In this document: piece after piece, positions 59,912 through 64,000 of the stretch | How positions within the stretch are numbered: the first letter of the stretch is position 1 | How the letters are laid out: the number at the start of each line of letters is the position of its first letter | The notes under the pieces: model-generated | Told to the model about the DNA's origin: nothing | What the model saw: only the letters and a program-made list of their open reading frames with translations | The model's database searches: none | Position numbers and translations under genes: made by a program | Assembly: GCA_028714635.1 (NCBI GenBank) | Contig: JAQTLZ010000004.1 | Location: forward strand, 32,354 to 96,353 | From: Minisyncoccota bacterium | Lineage (GTDB): Bacteria > Patescibacteriota > Minisyncoccia > Phycocordibacterales > JAQTLZ01 | Length of the DNA: 64,000 bases | Direction of reading: 5' to 3'

Positions 59912-61650
59912 TTCGTCGGCGACTGCTCTCTCCACAAAGCAGCGTACAATCCTTTTTTCTTAAGGAGTGATTCGTGCGTCCCTTCTTCAATAATTTTGCC
60001 TTTTTCTAAGACGTAAATTCTCTTTGCGTGGGCAATTGTTGAAAGCCTGTGAGCAACTAGAATTTGCATAACTCCTTTTGCCGCGATCTCGACGCTCTGA
60101 ATCGTGTCCGTAATTTCTTTTTCAGTAATCGAATCGAGGCTCGAAGTCGCTTCATCGAAAATAATAAGTTCCGGCTTTCGAAGAAGCGCACGAGCGATAG
60201 CGAGACGCTGGCGTTCTCCTCCTGAAACTTTCACTCCTCCTTCGCCGATCTTTGTATCGAGTCCTTGCCCGCTCCTCTCTAAAATAGTTGTGGCTTGAGC
60301 AAAAGAAAGCGCTAAAAGACACTCTTCATCTGTAGCGTCAGTTTTCACGAATAAAAGATTATCTCGAATGGTTCCTGAAAAAAGCTGGGTCTCCTGCGCA
60401 ACAAGCCCGACACGACTTCGTAATGCCTCGAAATCGATCTTGGACGCGTTTACAGTATTGAAGGAAAGAGAACCTTTCTCCGGTTGGTAAAGGCCAAGCA
60501 CAAGCTTTACGAGAGTCGATTTGCCGGAACCAGAAGGGCCCACAAAAGCGACTGTTTCCCCGACATGTACTTTTAAGTTAATCCCCGAAACAGCCGAACT
60601 TCGAGCTCCCGAGTAAGCAAAGTCAACATTTTTAAATTCAATTGATTCAAGTGATTTGAGTCGCACGGGAGAAAGAGGAACCGGAGCAACTTGGCGAGAA
60701 AGGAGCTCCGCTACGGCAGCGAGGCTTGCGCTGGCTTCCTGAAATTGTGCGAAAACGTTTGCGAGTTCACCAAGCGGGTTGAAAATAAAGAATGAGTAGA
60801 TAAAGAGGCTGAAAAATTCTCCGACCGTGATGGCAGAATTCCAGATGAGCCAAAGCATAAGGAGAAGAAGCGAAGAACGAAGGGCATTGATGCATGTGCC
60901 TTGAATAAAGCTTAAGGTGCGAATAAGTTTTATTTTCTTAAGTTCGAGGGTGAGGATCTTTTGATTTACAATATTAAGGCGAGTGATCTCTTGTTCTTCA
61001 AGTCCCAAACTTTTCACCATCTCGACGTTTCGAATCGTCTCTGTCGTCGAACCGGCAAGATTTGCAGTTTCGATGACGATATTTTTCTGCGCCCGTTTGA
61101 TCTTCCTTGAAATAGTGAAGGTTACCGTTCCAAGCACCGGAATGATAAGAATATAGACGAGCCCAACTGACCAGTGCACATTGAGTGCGTAGATGATCAC
61201 AAAAATAATCCCAACGAGTGCGATGAAAATGCTTCCAATCGCACTCATAATGAGCGTTTGAGCATCAAGACGGGCTTTCTGAAGTTTCTGGAGCATCTCC
61301 CCGCTTCTTTCATCCTCAAAAATAGCGTAGGGCAGGGCAAAAGTATGAGCGACGGATTCGCTGTACATTTCAGTTCCCACCCTTTGAGTTATCACGTTCG
61401 CATAATAATCTTGGAAATTTTTAGCAATTCGCGAGACAAGCGCAACGCCGATCGAAGCAAGGAGAAGAAGAAGAACACCCCGAAGAAATCCGGAATGGGT
61501 GTAGCTCGCCGCCTGGGTCGCATATCTATCAACAATGATCCGGAAAATTTGCGGATCCAAAAGCGAAAAACCCTGGTTTATTGTCGCCAAAGCTAAAGTC
61601 CCCACCAGAAGCCATCTTTGTTTTTTTACGTATTTCCAGAGAAGTTGCAT
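59908..61650 (-). CDS. ABC exporter, a fused permease plus ATP-binding protein (MsbA-like).
   Basis: Six-TM domain, a Walker A motif GPSGSGKST, the LSGGERQR signature, and a Walker B motif IIFDEATSSLD. Confidence 0.9.
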   Translation of the reverse strand: MQLLWKYVKKQRWLLVGTLALATINQGFSLLDPQIFRIIVDRYATQAASYTHSGFLRGVLLLLLASIGVALVSRIAKNFQDYYANVITQRVGTEMYSESVAHTFALPYAIFEDERSGEMLQKLQKARLDAQTLIMSAIGSIFIALVGIIFVIIYALNVHWSVGLVYILIIPVLGTVTFTISRKIKRAQKNIVIETANLAGSTTETIRNVEMVKSLGLEEQEITRLNIVNQKILTLELKKIKLIRTLSFIQGTCINALRSSLLLLMLWLIWNSAITVGEFFSLFIYSFFIFNPLGELANVFAQFQEASASLAAVAELLSRQVAPVPLSPVRLKSLESIEFKNVDFAYSGARSSAVSGINLKVHVGETVAFVGPSGSGKSTLVKLVLGLYQPEKGSLSFNTVNASKIDFEALRSRVGLVAQETQLFSGTIRDNLLFVKTDATDEECLLALSFAQATTILERSGQGLDTKIGEGGVKVSGGERQRLAIARALLRKPELIIFDEATSSLDSITEKEITDTIQSVEIAAKGVMQILVAHRLSTIAHAKRIYVLEKGKIIEEGTHESLLKKKGLYAALWREQSPTN

Positions 61651-61656
61651 ACAGAA

Positions 61657-64000
61657 TTATTTATTCTTTTTTAAAAATGCCGGCAAAGTTTTAAGAAGTC
61701 TTTCTCTCCACAGAGCATTCGAGTAAATTTGCTCGACTGCCTGCTCCAAAGTTCTTTTTGCACCAGGAGCTGGGTGAGTTTTAAAGAATTTTTGAATCTC
61801 TTTCGCTTTTTCGGTTGTTGCAAAAACAGACGCACTTTCCAATATATGAGCAATAATTCCTGCTCCTCCGTACCGAGACAAAAGCTCGTCCCAGTGTTTT
61901 TTCACAAATTTCCAGGTCAACTCTTGCCCGTGCGGATTTCTCCATGCCAAAATAATGAGTATAAAAGCATCTTGTGCCCGCACCTCCTTAGAAAGAGCAA
62001 AATTGAGAGTTTCTTCTATGAGTTTTTCAGTAGAGAAATTTGCAAGTGCCCTCCCGATTCGATTTTTTTCTTCTTGAAGTTTCTCTTTCTTGTACAGATT
62101 AGTGAGAGTTTCGTGCTCTTTTTTACTTCCATAGCGAGCTACGAGCATGAAAACAACACCCCGAATATCTGCGTAAATTGGAGCACCTTTTTCTATAAAA
62201 TCATGAAAAAGCCTCTGCGCTCGTTTTATAACCTCTTTATTGCCATAAATTCCCGCACTTCCGAGAATAAGTGAGCGCAAAAGTGTTACTGTGTGTCTTT
62301 CTTCATCTTTCTTTGCCCAGCCTAATTTTTTGACAACTCCTAGAAATATCTTTCCGGCATATTCCTTGTATTCATCTTTCAACTTCCCTGCTGGCAAAAC
62401 TCCGGCGAGCGAAGAAAGCCCAGACGCCAATTCTCCCCAAACAGCATAATCATCTTCGTTCTTGAAACTCTCCGAAAGAGTGAGAACATCTTCAACTTTG
62501 ATTTTGCCAGCCTCTAGAAGAGCAAAAGCGTCTCGAATAATACCGAGTCTATCAATTGGACCAAATACCTTATCTTCGATCGGTTTTTTAAAACTTTCGA
62601 GCATCTCTTTCGGATATGCTGTGCGGAAAAAACCCGTTTCTCCGTAATTTATCTTTGTCCACTTTGAACCGGCTTTTCTCAAAACCGCAAAGGTCTTTTT
62701 ATTCGAAATAGTTTTTTCTACTTCACTTTTATTATTCGATTTGGAAATTACAGGAATATGCCACAAAGTTTTATCCTTAGCTTTCTTTTCTGAAATAGGG
62801 CTTGAAAAAAAACGTGATTGGGTCAAATTGTATTTGCTTTGTACTTGCGAAACCTGGAGAACTGGATATCCGGGATGTTCCGTCCAATCTCGCATTATTT
62901 TCGCCACAGGTTTGCCAGAAACTTTTTCGAGAGCTTTCCAAAGATCAGCAGTTTCAGCATTCGCGTAGCTGTGTTTTTTCAAATAATGCGAAAGGCCTTT
63001 TCGGAAATTTTCTTTCCCAAGATATTCTGCGAGCATTCTGATAACGCTTCCCCCTTTCGAATAGCTGACTTTGTCGAAAATCTCACTGATTTCGTTTGGA
63101 TGATGCACGGGAACTTCGATCGGATGAGTATTCGCGAGAGCATCAAGTTGAAGGGCGACGCCGTGATCTTCGATAAGAAATTGCGTCCACATATCCCACT
63201 CTGGAAACATTGCATCAACCGCGAGATACTCGATGTACGTTGCGAATCCCTCGTTGAGCCACAAATGCGTCCACCATTCCATCGTTACAAGATTTCCAAA
63301 CCACTGATGGGCGATCTCGTGAGCAATTACAATAGCTACTCGCTGTTTTGTGGCAAGCGCGGAATGTTCTTCGTCATACAAAAGCGCAGTCTCTCGATAG
63401 GTAATGGCTCCCCAATTTTCCATGGCTCCTGATTGGAAATCCGGAATGGCAATGAGATCAAGGGCAGGAAGCGGATAATGAATGCCGAAATATTTTTCAA
63501 AGAATGAGAGAGATTTTTTCGCAACTTCCAGAGCAAATTTTCCTTGATGAATTTTTCCGGGAGTAGTAAAAATTCGCACAAGAGTCCCCCGGGCAGTTTT
63601 CCCTTCGATAGATTCAAAATCTCCAACAATAAATGCCGCGAGGTAGGTAGACATCTTCGGAGTTGGTTCAAAAGTAACAGTTTTGTATCCTCCCTCATGC
63701 TCCCGAATGTTCGAAGGCATGGTATTTGAAATAGCCGTCAGGTTTGTCGGCACAACAAGTGAGATATCGAAAATAGCCTTCAAAGCGGGCTCATCAAAGC
63801 AGGGAAAGGCCTGACGGGCATCTGTTGACTCAAATTGGGTTGTGGCGAGGTGTTTCGTTTGACCCTTGTGTTCATACCGACTCCGATAAAAGCCCCGCAT
63901 TAAATCGTTTAAAACTCCTCGAAACACTAGAGCAAGCTTAAGCTTCCCTTTAGGAATTTCATTTTGAAAGTGAAATGTAGCAGTCTCTGCCTTCTCATCG
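61657..64000 (-). CDS. pepN: M1-family aminopeptidase N. It is N-terminally incomplete: the reading frame stays open up to the window edge.
   Basis: GAMENWG and HEIAHQWFGNLVTMEWW...E motifs. The in-frame upstream codons read ...TATFHFQNEIPKGKLKLALV with no stop before 64000. Confidence 0.85.
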   Translation of the reverse strand, partial: DEKAETATFHFQNEIPKGKLKLALVFRGVLNDLMRGFYRSRYEHKGQTKHLATTQFESTDARQAFPCFDEPALKAIFDISLVVPTNLTAISNTMPSNIREHEGGYKTVTFEPTPKMSTYLAAFIVGDFESIEGKTARGTLVRIFTTPGKIHQGKFALEVAKKSLSFFEKYFGIHYPLPALDLIAIPDFQSGAMENWGAITYRETALLYDEEHSALATKQRVAIVIAHEIAHQWFGNLVTMEWWTHLWLNEGFATYIEYLAVDAMFPEWDMWTQFLIEDHGVALQLDALANTHPIEVPVHHPNEISEIFDKVSYSKGGSVIRMLAEYLGKENFRKGLSHYLKKHSYANAETADLWKALEKVSGKPVAKIMRDWTEHPGYPVLQVSQVQSKYNLTQSRFFSSPISEKKAKDKTLWHIPVISKSNNKSEVEKTISNKKTFAVLRKAGSKWTKINYGETGFFRTAYPKEMLESFKKPIEDKVFGPIDRLGIIRDAFALLEAGKIKVEDVLTLSESFKNEDDYAVWGELASGLSSLAGVLPAGKLKDEYKEYAGKIFLGVVKKLGWAKKDEERHTVTLLRSLILGSAGIYGNKEVIKRAQRLFHDFIEKGAPIYADIRGVVFMLVARYGSKKEHETLTNLYKKEKLQEEKNRIGRALANFSTEKLIEETLNFALSKEVRAQDAFILIILAWRNPHGQELTWKFVKKHWDELLSRYGGAGIIAHILESASVFATTEKAKEIQKFFKTHPAPGAKRTLEQAVEQIYSNALWRERLLKTLPAFLKKNK

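Overview
This 64 kb window looks like one contiguous stretch of a low-GC, gene-dense bacterial chromosome. The backbone is visibly AT-rich, roughly 40% GC by eye (I could not compute it). Almost every gene is on the minus strand, and the gene content and architecture resemble a reduced-genome bacterium such as the Patescibacteria/CPR (inference).

Recognisable backbone genes:
- A ribosomal / RNA polymerase alpha-operon block: rpsI, rplM, rplQ, rpoA, rpsD, rpsK, rpsM, rpmJ, infA.
- alaS (short form), the DNA-repair genes ogt and a family-4 UDG, mnmA, mltG, and leuS carrying a ~210-aa insertion.
- ychF, zwf plus a 6-phosphogluconolactonase, and a complete F-type ATP synthase operon atpBEFHAGDC.
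- tRNA-Ala(UGC), ddl, uvrC, uvrA, uvrB, tgt, an RluB-like pseudouridine synthase, a LOG-family protein, an ECF sigma / anti-sigma pair, gdhA, an MsbA-like ABC exporter and a partial pepN.

The sequence features most worth a second look:
- An 85-bp MITE-like palindromic element in three copies. Each copy ends exactly at the start codon of an unrelated gene (pgl, atpH, rluB).
- Two copies of a G3N4-heptad (telomere-like, G-quadruplex-capable) G-rich/C-rich inverted repeat, each sitting immediately 5' of a start codon.
- An IS200/RAYT-type HuH transposase flanked by two near-identical hairpins, next to a strongly GC-rich dapB.
- A ~320-bp GC-rich noncoding element bounded by 19-bp perfect inverted repeats.
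- Several small GC-rich islands whose genes carry strong Shine-Dalgarno sites, whereas backbone genes mostly lack them.
- A degenerate Ham1/RdgB-like domain inserted into LeuRS.
- uvrA/B/C clustered with an orphan soluble histidine kinase (co-operonic with uvrB) and an orphan double-receiver protein.

I found no CRISPR array and no rRNA gene.
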